From assembly GCA_902558585.1 (NCBI GenBank), contig CACEEO010000001.1, forward strand, positions 8,415 to 72,414: a stretch of DNA of 64,000 nt. The letters are read 5' to 3'. Position numbers and translations under genes: made by a program. The notes under the pieces were generated by a model that made no database searches, was not told where the DNA came from, and saw only the letters and a program-made list of their open reading frames with translations. The stretch comes from an uncultured Pelagibacteraceae bacterium. Its GTDB lineage: Bacteria > Pseudomonadota > Alphaproteobacteria > Pelagibacterales > Pelagibacteraceae. Shown in pieces: positions 9,914-22,327 of the stretch (its first letter is position 1; each line of letters begins with the position of its first letter).

Positions 9914-11144
9914 TATTAATTAGATTATCTAGTTCATTTATAGTTTTATTTAAGATTTTTTGTCCAATTTTTTTTATTTTTTTACCTGAATTTTTATTTT
10001 TCTTAAAAACAATTGATGATGCAAGTTGTAATGGTGTATTTATTTTCTTGGAAATATTTAATAACTTTAAATGTTTATATACATCTTTAAAATTATCTGT
10101 ATTAGGTCCATGTAGTATTTTTGATCCTAATCTTGCAGCCTCTAGGGGGTTCTGTCCCCCTCTCTTAATTATAGATCCCCCTAAAAAGACTGTGGAACTA
10201 ATTTTATGAAACAGTTTAGTCTCACCGAATGTGTCTACAATATAAATATCAATATTTTTTAAAGTTTGAATTTTTGAGCTATGATAAGCTACGTTTAAAT
10301 TAATTTTTTTCATTTCTAATGCTATTTCATTTGCTCTATGCACATGTCGAGGGATAATTATAGTAATTAGGTTTTTATTTTTCTTTTTAAGCTCTTTGTG
10401 AGCATTTGCGCAAAAAATTTCTTCATTTTTATGAGTGCTAGATGCTACCCAAATTTTATTTTTGTTTAGTTCAGATTTTAATTTTTTATTTTTTATTGTA
10501 AAATTCTCTTCTGGATTTTCAGCAAACTTAAGATTTCCTATTAGATTTATTTTTTTAGTTTTAATTTTTTTTAAAAAATATTTGGTTTCAAGGTTTTGTG
10601 GGTAGGCAACTGTTATCATCCCAAAAATTAATTTTGAAAAAAAATTAATTTTTGACCAACGATTAAAAGTTTTTTTTGTAATTCTTGCATTCAATAAAAT
10701 TAAAGGAATTTTTTTATCTCTTAAGTTTTTAAACATGTAAGGCCATATTTCTGACTCTATAAAAATTGCTAAACTTGGTTTCCAATGATTTAAAAAATTA
10801 TTTGTTAACAAAAAATGATCAACAGGATAAAATTGATGAATAGTTTTTTTGAATTTAAATTTTTTGATAATTTTAGACGAACTAAGAGTACTAGATGTGA
10901 TCAATATTTGATTAATTGAATTATTTTTTTCATAGTATTTAATGAGTGGTATGATACTCATTATTTCACCAACGCTTGCACCGTGAAACCAAATTAATTT
11001 TCCTTTCCTTCTTTTTTCTGAAGAGATGCTAAATTTTTCTATAAATCGTTTTGAGTCTTCCTTATTTTTTAAAATTCTATAAATTATTATTACTGGTGAT
11101 ATTAATAGTAAAGCGCTGACTATTATTTGATATAAAAAAAACAT
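9894..11144 (-). CDS. waaA: Kdo transferase
   Basis: WFHGASVGE, ESEIWP, ASSTH, PRH, GGQNPLEAA. Confidence 0.96.
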   Translation of the reverse strand: MFFLYQIIVSALLLISPVIIIYRILKNKEDSKRFIEKFSISSEKRRKGKLIWFHGASVGEIMSIIPLIKYYEKNNSINQILITSSTLSSSKIIKKFKFKKTIHQFYPVDHFLLTNNFLNHWKPSLAIFIESEIWPYMFKNLRDKKIPLILLNARITKKTFNRWSKINFFSKLIFGMITVAYPQNLETKYFLKKIKTKKINLIGNLKFAENPEENFTIKNKKLKSELNKNKIWVASSTHKNEEIFCANAHKELKKKNKNLITIIIPRHVHRANEIALEMKKINLNVAYHSSKIQTLKNIDIYIVDTFGETKLFHKISSTVFLGGSIIKRGGQNPLEAARLGSKILHGPNTDNFKDVYKHLKLLNISKKINTPLQLASSIVFKKNKNSGKKIKKIGQKILNKTINELDNLINNEYKKT

Positions 11145-11146
11145 AT

Positions 11147-12883
11147 TTATTTTTGTATCTGTTTTTCATAAAAGCTTTTATATAATTCTGAATTATTTAA
11201 TAGATTTTCGTGCCTACCACTATCAATCACTTTTCCAGCATCTATAACATAAATATTGTCAGAGCTTAAAATTGTAGATAATCGATGCGCAATAACAATA
11301 GTTGTTTTGTTTTTAGTTAAAATTTTTAAAGCGTTTTGTATTTTTGTTTCTGTTTCTGAATCTAATGAGGATGTTGCTTCATCTAATAAAATAATCGAAC
11401 TTTTTTTAATCATAGCTCTAGCAATTGAAAGTCTCTGTTTTTCTCCACCAGATAATCTGACCCCATTTTCACCAATTAATGTATTAAATTTATCAGGTAG
11501 GTTGTTTATGAATTCCTCGCAAAATGACATTTTCGCAACTTTATATATCTCTTCATCAGTCGCATCTTCTTTAGCATATTTTATATTATTTTTAATTGTG
11601 TCATCAAATAATGTTGTATCTTGGCTAACTAAAGAGATCTCTTTTCTTAATGAGCCAATTGTGCTTTTATATATCGATTGATCATCAATCGTAATATCCC
11701 CACCTCTTGCATCATACAATCTTGGTATTAAGTTTAGTATAGTAGATTTTCCAGAACCACTGTGACCAACAAGAGAAGTCATTTTTCCACCTTTAAATTC
11801 AAGATTAACTGAACTTAAGGTGATAGACTCTTTGATGTCGTAAGCAAAATCTACATTTTTAAATTTAATTTCAGAATTTTTTATTACAATTGGTTTAGCA
11901 TCAGGAATTTCACTAATATCATTTTTTTGATCAATAATTGGTAAAATTCTTGAAGCAGCAGATAAGCCTTGATTTACATTCATAGTTAAAGTTGATAGAG
12001 CTCTTACTGGCTGATAAGCAAGCATCATAGCTGCTAGAAAAGAGAAAAAATTATTAATTTCTAGCTCTCCTTTTGATATCAATTTAGCAGAATAAAAAAT
12101 TAAAATAGCAATCATGATACCAGTTAAGGTTTCCATAACTGGCGACATTCTTACATAAACTGTTTGTATTTTTTTATTTTTATCTTTTAGTTGAGAAAGA
12201 TTTTCATCAGCTCTGATTTTTTCATAATTTTCTCTTTGAAATATTTTTATTAGTCTGTGATTTTTAAAAAGCTCAACCAGATAAGTAGTTAAGTATCCAG
12301 ATTTTTCTTGAGCTTCAGTCACTACTTTTCCAACTCTTTTTCCTAATTTTTTTGAAAAGAAACCTGCTAATGGTATCATTATAATTGATATAAGTGATAA
12401 TTTCCAATTTTGAATAAACATGACAGTAAGCAAACCAATAAGAGTTAGACTATCTTTAAATAAAGTTAAAATTGCGTTACTAAGTAAATGAGTAATATGA
12501 TTTACATCATATGTAAGATTAGAAATAAATTTTCCTGAATGTTTTTTATCTATAATTTGAGTATCTGTTTTTATTAATGATTTGACCATATCAAATTGAA
12601 GTAATTTTTTAATTTCTTCCCCTACACTAATCATTGTTGCTTTAGCCAAGTATAAAGAAAGACCTTTAGTGGCAAAGGCAACTATAATGAGGAATGGAAT
12701 CAAAAATATTAAACTCTGGTCTTTATTAATAAAAAGTTTTTCAATTGCTGGATCTAAAAGCCAAGCAATTGCAGAAGTGCTTCCAGCAACAAGTACTGAA
12801 AAAAAAACTGATAAAAAAATTTTGTTTAAATATTTTTTTGAATAATCTTTATATAGTCTCTTAAAAATTTTTTTATTTCCCAT
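11147..12883 (-). CDS. msbA: Lipid A export ABC transporter (fused permease/ATPase)
   Basis: TM domain plus GHSGSGKST, LSGGEKQR, LDEATSSLD; context with waaA/lpxK; ATG 12883 chosen as start. Confidence 0.88.
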   Translation of the reverse strand: MGNKKIFKRLYKDYSKKYLNKIFLSVFFSVLVAGSTSAIAWLLDPAIEKLFINKDQSLIFLIPFLIIVAFATKGLSLYLAKATMISVGEEIKKLLQFDMVKSLIKTDTQIIDKKHSGKFISNLTYDVNHITHLLSNAILTLFKDSLTLIGLLTVMFIQNWKLSLISIIMIPLAGFFSKKLGKRVGKVVTEAQEKSGYLTTYLVELFKNHRLIKIFQRENYEKIRADENLSQLKDKNKKIQTVYVRMSPVMETLTGIMIAILIFYSAKLISKGELEINNFFSFLAAMMLAYQPVRALSTLTMNVNQGLSAASRILPIIDQKNDISEIPDAKPIVIKNSEIKFKNVDFAYDIKESITLSSVNLEFKGGKMTSLVGHSGSGKSTILNLIPRLYDARGGDITIDDQSIYKSTIGSLRKEISLVSQDTTLFDDTIKNNIKYAKEDATDEEIYKVAKMSFCEEFINNLPDKFNTLIGENGVRLSGGEKQRLSIARAMIKKSSIILLDEATSSLDSETETKIQNALKILTKNKTTIVIAHRLSTILSSDNIYVIDAGKVIDSGRHENLLNNSELYKSFYEKQIQK

Positions 12884-12884
12884 A

Positions 12885-13748
12885 TTAAATTTTAGCAATT
12901 AGGATGTTTAAAAAAATTAATAGTCCTAAAAAATTATTACTTTTGAAAGCTTTTAAACAACTTGATGGATCTTTTAGATTAAAAATTTTAATTTGATAAA
13001 AAAATAAGTGAATAAAAGGAACGATCATAAATAAATAAAAATTATAATTTAAGTTCATGCTATAAGCTCCTATAAGAAAAAAGACTATCAATGATGTGTA
13101 ACATGCAATTAAAAATTTTTTTGCTTTACCCTTAAACTTTATTGAAGTTGATTTTAATCCAATTATTTCATCATCTTTTATATCTTGGTACCCATAGATC
13201 GTATCATAACCCAGTGTCCAAAATATGGCCCCAAGATAAAAAAGTATAGGTATCAACTCAATCTCATCATTAATAGCTGTCCAACCAAGAATTAATCCAT
13301 AATTAAAGGTAATTCCTAAAAATAATTGTGGCCAGTATGTAAACCTCTTCATCAGAGGGTAGGTGAAGGCAAGTGGCATTGAAGCTATAGCTAAAATTAT
13401 TGTAAATAAATTAAAATTTATTAGAACTAACAAAGCTAATAAACATAAAACAAGCGCATAAAACATTCCCAGTCCTGTTGATATTTTACCTGAGGCAATT
13501 GGACGATTTTTAGTTCGAAATACTTTTGCATCAAATTCTTTATCCAAAATGTCATTAACTATACATCCAGCTGATCTCATTAATATAGATCCTAAAAAGA
13601 ATAAAATTAAATAAAAAAAATAATTTTTTAAATTTGACGAAAAATCGTAAGCCAGTGTTAAACCCCATGCACATGGCCAAAATAATAGCATATAGCCAAT
13701 TGGTTTTTTTAGTCTTGTCAAATCTATAAAAAGTTTTACTTGGTTCAT
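12885..13748 (-). CDS. ubiA: 4-hydroxybenzoate polyprenyltransferase
   Basis: RSAGCIVNDILDKEFD, RTKNRP, YPLMKR, YDTIYGYQD. Confidence 0.97.
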   Translation of the reverse strand: MNQVKLFIDLTRLKKPIGYMLLFWPCAWGLTLAYDFSSNLKNYFFYLILFFLGSILMRSAGCIVNDILDKEFDAKVFRTKNRPIASGKISTGLGMFYALVLCLLALLVLINFNLFTIILAIASMPLAFTYPLMKRFTYWPQLFLGITFNYGLILGWTAINDEIELIPILFYLGAIFWTLGYDTIYGYQDIKDDEIIGLKSTSIKFKGKAKKFLIACYTSLIVFFLIGAYSMNLNYNFYLFMIVPFIHLFFYQIKIFNLKDPSSCLKAFKSNNFLGLLIFLNILIAKI

Positions 13749-13758
13749 AATATTTTAC

Positions 13759-13787
13759 TTGTAAATAACAAAGCCTAGTTTCATAAT
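13759..13787 (+). promoter_or_regulatory. Putative sigma70 promoter for the DUF2721-like gene
   Basis: TTGTAA-N17-CATAAT; a GANTC site (13794-13798) lies at the predicted transcription start. Confidence 0.45.
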
Positions 13788-13800
13788 CAAATTGATTCGT

Positions 13801-14205
13801 ATGAATATAGATTACACAGTCACAGCATTAATGTTTCCTGCAATTCCATTATTAATGAGCGTTTATAGTAATAGGTTTCATTCTTTGAGTATCCTAATTC
13901 GTCAGCTTCATGACGAACATGTTTATGAAAAACATATTCCTCCAGAGTGGAAAAAACAGTTCATTAATTTGAGTGGAAGAATAACACTACTAAGGTGGAC
14001 AATTTTATTTGCGTCTTTTGGCTTTCTATTTAATATGCTTACGGTATTTGCTCTTTATTTGGATGAAGTTTTTCTTGCGAGAGTAATTTTTGGATCTTGT
14101 TGTCTATCAATGATTGTATCTATTATTTTTTTTATAAGAGAAATTCAAATATCAACGAATGCACTTAAACTTCATATGTCAGATATGGATGTTGATGTTA
14201 ATTAG
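13801..14205 (+). CDS. Small membrane protein, DUF2721-like
   Basis: Three hydrophobic segments; PAIPLL..YSNRF and EIQIS..AL patterns. Confidence 0.7.
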   Translation: MNIDYTVTALMFPAIPLLMSVYSNRFHSLSILIRQLHDEHVYEKHIPPEWKKQFINLSGRITLLRWTILFASFGFLFNMLTVFALYLDEVFLARVIFGSCCLSMIVSIIFFIREIQISTNALKLHMSDMDVDVN

Positions 14206-15172
14206 GAACTAACACTGCTGGGCCTAAAATTTTTCTTCCTTCAAGATCTTGATGAGCTTGAACAACCTCCTCCAACTTATATTTTTTAAAAATTTTAATT
14301 TTTACTTTTCTAGAACTAATTTTTTCAAACATTGTTTTTGAGGCTTCATCTAATTCTTCTCTTGTTGAAAGATATTGTTGCATAGAAGGTCTTACAAGAT
14401 ATAGCCCTTTTGGTTGTATTACTTTAGGTACATTAATATCTGACAAGGGTCCAGACGCATTTCCAAATGAAACCATCATACCTCTCACAGCTAAACATTC
14501 AATTGAACCATCCAATGTGTCTTTTCCAACACCATCGTATACAACAGGAACACCTTTACCATTTGTAATTTCTAAAACTTTTTTTGCAAAATCTTCTTTA
14601 TTATAATTTATTACATGATCGTAACCATTTTCTTTCGCTATATTTACTTTTTCATCTGATCCAACTGTACCTATAACAGTACAACCTAAACTTTTCGCCC
14701 ACTGTCCGAAAATCTGACCAACACCACCAGCTGCTGCATGAAATAAAATTGTTTCTCCTGATTTAACTGGATAAGTTTTATGCAAAAGATAAAATGTTGT
14801 TAATCCTTTTGTCATTAAAGTTGCTGCTATTTCAAGATCAATACCATCTGGTACTTTTACTAAGTTCTTAGTTGGATAGTTTCTGTGTGAAGAATAGGAA
14901 CCTAAAGGAATACCTGCATAAGAAATTTTATCTCCAACTTTAAAGTCTTTTACGTTTTCACCAACATCAGTAATAACCCCAGCACCTTCCAGACCTAAAC
15001 CGATCGGTAGTTTTAATGGGTACAAACCTGATCTATGGTAAGTATCAATGTAATTAAGACCAATTGCCTTTTGTTCAATTGTTACTTCGTCTGGACCAGG
15101 CTTATCTAAAGATATATCTTTAACTTCTAAAACATCAGGTCCACCAGTTTTATTAATTTCTACAGCTTTCAT
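14198..15172 (-). CDS. qor: NADPH:quinone oxidoreductase (zeta-crystallin family)
   Basis: GLNYIDTYHRSGLY, HAAAGGVG, YDGVGK, SFGNASG. Confidence 0.93.
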   Translation of the reverse strand: MKAVEINKTGGPDVLEVKDISLDKPGPDEVTIEQKAIGLNYIDTYHRSGLYPLKLPIGLGLEGAGVITDVGENVKDFKVGDKISYAGIPLGSYSSHRNYPTKNLVKVPDGIDLEIAATLMTKGLTTFYLLHKTYPVKSGETILFHAAAGGVGQIFGQWAKSLGCTVIGTVGSDEKVNIAKENGYDHVINYNKEDFAKKVLEITNGKGVPVVYDGVGKDTLDGSIECLAVRGMMVSFGNASGPLSDINVPKVIQPKGLYLVRPSMQQYLSTREELDEASKTMFEKISSRKVKIKIFKKYKLEEVVQAHQDLEGRKILGPAVLVPN

Positions 15173-15175
15173 AAC

Positions 15176-16012
15176 TTATTTTACAAATGTACCATTATGA
15201 TAATCTTGAACTGCTTGCAAGATTTCTGCTTTAGTATTCATCACAAATGGCCCACCTCTAGCTATTTCTTCATTAATTGGTTTTCCAGAAATTACTAAAA
15301 ATTTAGCATCTGATTTAGCTTTAACACTTAAATCTTCACCTTTAGTTAATAATATTAAAGTGCTATCTATAACTTGATCGTGTTTATCTTTTCCAATTTC
15401 TATTTCACCACTAATTAAATAAATAAAAGTATTGTGAGTAGATGGTAATTTAAAATTGAACTCTTTATCTTTATTTAATTCTACATCAAAATAAACTGGC
15501 TCAACATTATGTCCTTTAACAGGACCTTCAGCTTTTTCAAATTTTCCAGCTATTACTTTTACCTGCTTATCATCATCTTTATGAACACTCATTTTATCTG
15601 CATCAATATAAATATATTCAGGCTTACTCATTTTTAATTTAGCAGGCATATTAATCCACAATTGAAATCCATGAAGTTTACCTTCTTTCATTGCAGGCAT
15701 TTCAGAATGAATAATTCCACTTCCTGTTTTCATCCATTGAACGTCTCCTGCAGTCATTCTACCTTCACCACCGGTACTATCTTTATGCTCAAAATCTCCA
15801 GCTAACATATAAGTTACTGTCTCAATTCCTCTATGAGGATGGGGTGGAAAACCCGCAATATAATCTTCACTATTTTCAGATCCAAACTCATCTAACATTA
15901 AAAATGGATCAAAGTAGTTTGGCTCAACACCAATACTTCTCTTTAATTTAACTCCAGCACCGTCAGAAGCAGGGATAGGGTCAATAATTTTACTAACTTC
16001 AATATTTTTCAT
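15176..16012 (-). CDS. Pirin family protein
   Basis: DPFLMLD, GFPPHPHRGIETVTY, GIIHSE, GPFVMNT. Confidence 0.95.
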   Translation of the reverse strand: MKNIEVSKIIDPIPASDGAGVKLKRSIGVEPNYFDPFLMLDEFGSENSEDYIAGFPPHPHRGIETVTYMLAGDFEHKDSTGGEGRMTAGDVQWMKTGSGIIHSEMPAMKEGKLHGFQLWINMPAKLKMSKPEYIYIDADKMSVHKDDDKQVKVIAGKFEKAEGPVKGHNVEPVYFDVELNKDKEFNFKLPSTHNTFIYLISGEIEIGKDKHDQVIDSTLILLTKGEDLSVKAKSDAKFLVISGKPINEEIARGGPFVMNTKAEILQAVQDYHNGTFVK

Positions 16013-16032
16013 TTTTCGTAAATAAGAATTTT

Positions 16033-16695
16033 TTACAATATATCAAGTAACTTACTAAGATCTTTGATTTGATGTTTTGGGACATAATCTAGATTATCAA
16101 AAGTATTATTGCTTCTATTGACCCAAATAGAATTGAATCCATAATTTCCACCACCTGATACATCCCAAGTGTTAGCACTTAAAAAAGCAACTTCATTTTT
16201 TTTAATATTATATTTTTTAATTGGTATATCGTAAACTTTAGAGTCTGGTTTATAAACTCCGACCTTTTCAATTGAAAAAATATCGTCAAATATATCTTCT
16301 AAATTATTGCTCTTAACCAATTTATCAAGAAGGTCAGGTGTACCATTTGAAAGAATAGCAAGTTTAAAATTTTTTTCTTTTAATGATTTTAAAACTTCAG
16401 GAACTTCTTTAAATGGTGAGAGAATTTTATAAAGATCTAATAACTCATTTCTCATATAAGAATCTATCTCATAAGCTTTCATAGATTTATCTAAACTATC
16501 TTCTGTTACTTGCCAAAAATCTCTATGACGTTTCATTAAACTTCGTAGCCAAGTATATTCTAATTGTGTTGTTCTCCAATAATTGGCGAAACCTTCCCAC
16601 TTATCACCTATTTTATCTTTACATTTTTCAGCAGCTGAATTGACATCAAATAAGGTGCCATAAGCATCAAAAATTATTGCTTTAATATTTTTCAT
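16033..16695 (-). CDS. (S)-2-haloacid dehalogenase, type II
   Basis: FDAYGTLFD, WRTTQLEYTW, SNG, YKP, SANTWD. Confidence 0.92.
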   Translation of the reverse strand: MKNIKAIIFDAYGTLFDVNSAAEKCKDKIGDKWEGFANYWRTTQLEYTWLRSLMKRHRDFWQVTEDSLDKSMKAYEIDSYMRNELLDLYKILSPFKEVPEVLKSLKEKNFKLAILSNGTPDLLDKLVKSNNLEDIFDDIFSIEKVGVYKPDSKVYDIPIKKYNIKKNEVAFLSANTWDVSGGGNYGFNSIWVNRSNNTFDNLDYVPKHQIKDLSKLLDIL

Positions 16696-16699
16696 AAAC

Positions 16700-16709
16700 T
16701 AACTTATCA
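16700..16709. promoter_or_regulatory. Putative bidirectional promoter (overlapping -10 elements) between dehalogenase and rsmE
   Basis: + TAACTT (16700-16705) 6 nt before the rsmE ATG; - TGaTAAGTT (16709-16701) 5 nt before the dehalogenase ATG. Confidence 0.45.
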
Positions 16710-16711
16710 AT

Positions 16712-17410
16712 ATGAGTAACATTAGATTATTTTATTCAAAAAGTTTATCTCTTAATTTGACTGACAAACTTGATAAATCTCAATCTCACTATGTTTCAAA
16801 AGTAATGAGACTTAAAGAGAAAGAAGTTTTTTCTCTTTTTAATATGAGTGGAGAATGGGAAGCGAAAATCGTAAATATCACAAAAAGCATAATTGAATTT
16901 AATGTTACGAAACAATTAAGACAGAGAGAAAATACCAAAGAACTCTGGTTAGCTTTCTCTCCAATCAAATCAAATTACTTTAATTTCATGATCCAAAAAG
17001 CTACAGAGCTTGGTGTAACTAAGTTTTTACCAATTATCTTTGAAAGAACTATTGTTAGAAAAATAAATAAAGAGAGATTGGAAAAAGTAATCATAGAAGC
17101 AGCTGAACAGTCAAATAGAATAACAGTTCCATCAATTGAGGATCCTCAAAAATTAAAAAGCTTTCTAAATAATGATATGGATTTAATCTTTACTGATCTC
17201 AACACTACTAATACAAAAATTGACATTAAAAAGTTAACTACAAAGCCTACTTGTGTAATCATTGGACCAGAGGGAGATTTTTCTGAGGAGGAAAGGGAAG
17301 AGATTCTCAAATTTAACGACGTTCAACCAATTAAAATCAATGAAAACATCTTGAGATCTGAAACGGCTGTAATTTCTGCCTTATCGATCATAAATTACGC
17401 CATTAATTGA
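16712..17410 (+). CDS. rsmE: 16S rRNA m3U1498 methyltransferase
   Basis: HYVSKVMR, QKATELGV, EAAEQS, IGPEGDF, ILRSETA. Confidence 0.96.
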   Translation: MSNIRLFYSKSLSLNLTDKLDKSQSHYVSKVMRLKEKEVFSLFNMSGEWEAKIVNITKSIIEFNVTKQLRQRENTKELWLAFSPIKSNYFNFMIQKATELGVTKFLPIIFERTIVRKINKERLEKVIIEAAEQSNRITVPSIEDPQKLKSFLNNDMDLIFTDLNTTNTKIDIKKLTTKPTCVIIGPEGDFSEEEREEILKFNDVQPIKINENILRSETAVISALSIINYAIN

Positions 17411-17471
17411 TATTTTGTCGCTAAAAGTAAAAGTGTATTTTTTTAAAAGACACTCTATATAGGGTAAAAAA

Positions 17472-19923
<2,452 letters not shown>

Positions 19924-19956
19924 ATATAGCAAACAAGATTTTTTAACTTTAAAGTA

Positions 19957-20868
19957 ATGATTAAGTCTAAATTAAAAAATAGAAACATATCTCAAGAAGA
20001 CGCCTTTAATTTATCTGAATTATTCAAATTAATGAAACCAAGAGTAATGTCTTTGGTTATCTTTACATGCGCAGTTGGACTGTTAATGGCTCCAAATATA
20101 ATTCCAACAAAAGATGCAATCATTGGAATAATTTTAGTTTCAATTGGAGCAGGAGCAGCCGGAGCTTTAAATATGTGGTACGAGTCTGATTTGGATGCTC
20201 TTATGACAAGAACTTGTTTGAGACCAATTCCGACAGGCAAGGTAAATAGAAATCAAGCACTAGTATTTGGAATTTCTCTTTCGATTTTTTCTGTAATTGC
20301 GCTCGATTTTTACTCAAACAGAATATCAGCTGTCTTGTTGTTGTTTACTATTTTGTTTTATGTATTTGTTTATACAATTTGGCTAAAGAGAAAAACTCCT
20401 CAAAACATTGTTATTGGTGGCGCAGCAGGAGCATTACCTCCAGTGATTGGTTGGACTATAGCTACCAATTCTTTAACTTTTGAGCCGATTACATTCTTTT
20501 TGATTATATTCTTTTGGACGCCTTCACATTTTTGGGCTTTAAGTTTGTATAAATCAGATGATTACAAAAAAGCGAAAATTCCAATGCTTCCACTAACAAA
20601 TGGTGTTGAGAGTACAAAATTAAATATATTTATCTATTCTTTATCAATGTTACCAGTAATTCTTTTGCCTTATGCTATTGGCTTTGTTGGTATAACTTTT
20701 TTAATCCCATCATTAATTTTGACAATTTATTATAATTATTTATGTTTCGAACTTTATAAATTTAAAAAAAACAAATTTGATGCAAAAAAAGCAAAATCTA
20801 TTTTTGGATATTCTATTTTGTATCTATTTTTGATTTTTGTTCTTTTTTTAATTGATAAAATTTTATGA
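19957..20868 (+). CDS. cyoE: Protoheme IX farnesyltransferase
   Basis: KPRVMSL, DALMTRTCLRP, LKRKTPQNIVIGG, WTPSHFWAL. Confidence 0.97.
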   Translation: MIKSKLKNRNISQEDAFNLSELFKLMKPRVMSLVIFTCAVGLLMAPNIIPTKDAIIGIILVSIGAGAAGALNMWYESDLDALMTRTCLRPIPTGKVNRNQALVFGISLSIFSVIALDFYSNRISAVLLLFTILFYVFVYTIWLKRKTPQNIVIGGAAGALPPVIGWTIATNSLTFEPITFFLIIFFWTPSHFWALSLYKSDDYKKAKIPMLPLTNGVESTKLNIFIYSLSMLPVILLPYAIGFVGITFLIPSLILTIYYNYLCFELYKFKKNKFDAKKAKSIFGYSILYLFLIFVLFLIDKIL

Positions 20869-20990
20869 TAACGCCTGATAAGAAAACAAAGAAAAAAAAT
20901 ATTATAACTGCAATAGCAATTTTAGCGTTTATGGTATTTTTATTTGTTTTTACTTTATACAACGTTGGAGTATTTGACAGACAGATATGA
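20865..20990 (+). CDS. 41-aa single-TM protein (CoxF-like), absent from ORF track
   Basis: MITPDKKTKKKNIITAIAILAFMVFLFVFTLYNVGVFDRQI; ATGA overlaps with both cyoE and ctaG. Confidence 0.8.
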   Translation: MITPDKKTKKKNIITAIAILAFMVFLFVFTLYNVGVFDRQI

Positions 20991-21520
20991 TCAAAAGCAA
21001 AACATTAACTCCTTTACTTTTGGCTGGGATTTTTGTCCTTATGTTAGGATTATCTTTTGCGGCAGTGCCTTTGTATGATCTGTTTTGTAGAGTTACAGGC
21101 TTCGGTGGAACAACGCAGGTATCTAAAGAAGCTCCAAAAATAGTTTTAGACAAGGTTGTAAGCGTGAGGTTTGATACAAATGTGAATAATCTTGAATGGA
21201 ATTTTAAGGCAAAATCAAACGTGATTGATGTAAAGGTTGGCCAGGTCAACAGAATAGAATTTGAAGTTGAGAATATTGGAGACGAAACCACTTATGGTGT
21301 TGCTAGTTTTAATGTGTCACCAGCAAGTTTTGGTAAATATTATAGTAAACTAGGATGTTTTTGCTTTGAAAAACAAGAGCTGAAGGCTGGTGAGAAGGCC
21401 ACTTATGTGATGACTTTTTATTTAGACCCTGAACTTGTAAATGATCCAACAACAAAAAATCTACAAGATGTAACTATGTCGTACACTTTTTTCTCGACAG
21501 ATTACTATAAACAATCATAA
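20987..21520 (+). CDS. ctaG: Cytochrome c oxidase assembly copper chaperone Cox11/CtaG
   Basis: VPLYDLFCRVTGFGG, CFCF, MSYTFF. Confidence 0.97.
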   Translation: MIKSKTLTPLLLAGIFVLMLGLSFAAVPLYDLFCRVTGFGGTTQVSKEAPKIVLDKVVSVRFDTNVNNLEWNFKAKSNVIDVKVGQVNRIEFEVENIGDETTYGVASFNVSPASFGKYYSKLGCFCFEKQELKAGEKATYVMTFYLDPELVNDPTTKNLQDVTMSYTFFSTDYYKQS

Positions 21521-21529
21521 TCACGAAAA

Positions 21530-22318
21530 ATGTCAGCAGAAAAAAAACACGATTACCACTTAGTTGATCCAAGCCCTTGGCCAATCTATACATCTTTTGC
21601 ATGCTTAGTATTAGCAATAGGTGCAATTTTTTATATGCACAACGGTATTTCCTGGGGAATGTATCTTGGTTTAGCGTTATTAATTTATGGTGCTTACATG
21701 TGGTTCAGAGATGTAGTTATTGAAGCTGAACATCAAGGTCATCATACTCCAGTTGTCCAAATTCATCATAGATATGGAATGACTCTATTTATTGCTTCAG
21801 AAGTAATGTTCTTTGTTGCATGGTTCTGGGCTTACTTTGATATAAGTTTATTTCCAAATGAATTTGTTGGAAATGTGTGGCCACCAAAAGATATTGAAAC
21901 ATTTGATCCTTGGGACATTCCTTTAATAAATACTCTAGTATTATTATTATCAGGAACAACTGTTACTTGGGCTCATCACGCTTTATTAGAAGATGATAGA
22001 AAAGGATTTATACAAGGTTTAACACTAACTGTAATTCTTGGTTTCTTTTTTACTTTATTGCAAGCATACGAATATCATCATGCTACTTTTACTTACTCAG
22101 GCCATATTTATGGAGCTGTATTTTATATGGCGACAGGTTTTCATGGTTTCCATGTAATAATTGGAACGATATTTTTAGCGGTGTGTTTGTGGAGAGGAAG
22201 ACTTGGTCATTTCACAAAAGATCATCATTTTGGATTTGAAGCAGCTGCTTGGTACTGGCATTTTGTTGATGTTGTGTGGCTGTTCTTATTTGCTGCAATT
22301 TATATTTGGGGAAGTTAA
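21530..22318 (+). CDS. ctaE: Cytochrome c oxidase subunit III
   Basis: HLVDPSPWP, SEVMFF, TGFHGFHV, WYWHFVDVVW. Confidence 0.98.
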   Translation: MSAEKKHDYHLVDPSPWPIYTSFACLVLAIGAIFYMHNGISWGMYLGLALLIYGAYMWFRDVVIEAEHQGHHTPVVQIHHRYGMTLFIASEVMFFVAWFWAYFDISLFPNEFVGNVWPPKDIETFDPWDIPLINTLVLLLSGTTVTWAHHALLEDDRKGFIQGLTLTVILGFFFTLLQAYEYHHATFTYSGHIYGAVFYMATGFHGFHVIIGTIFLAVCLWRGRLGHFTKDHHFGFEAAAWYWHFVDVVWLFLFAAIYIWGS

Positions 22319-22327
22319 AATTTATCC

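Noticed and set aside
17407-17465. RegA-like half site (TTGTCGC) and AGTGT..ACACT inverted repeat upstream of coxB
   Set aside because: Only half of the RegA consensus is present and the stem is short and AT-rich; not supportable without a PWM or footprinting
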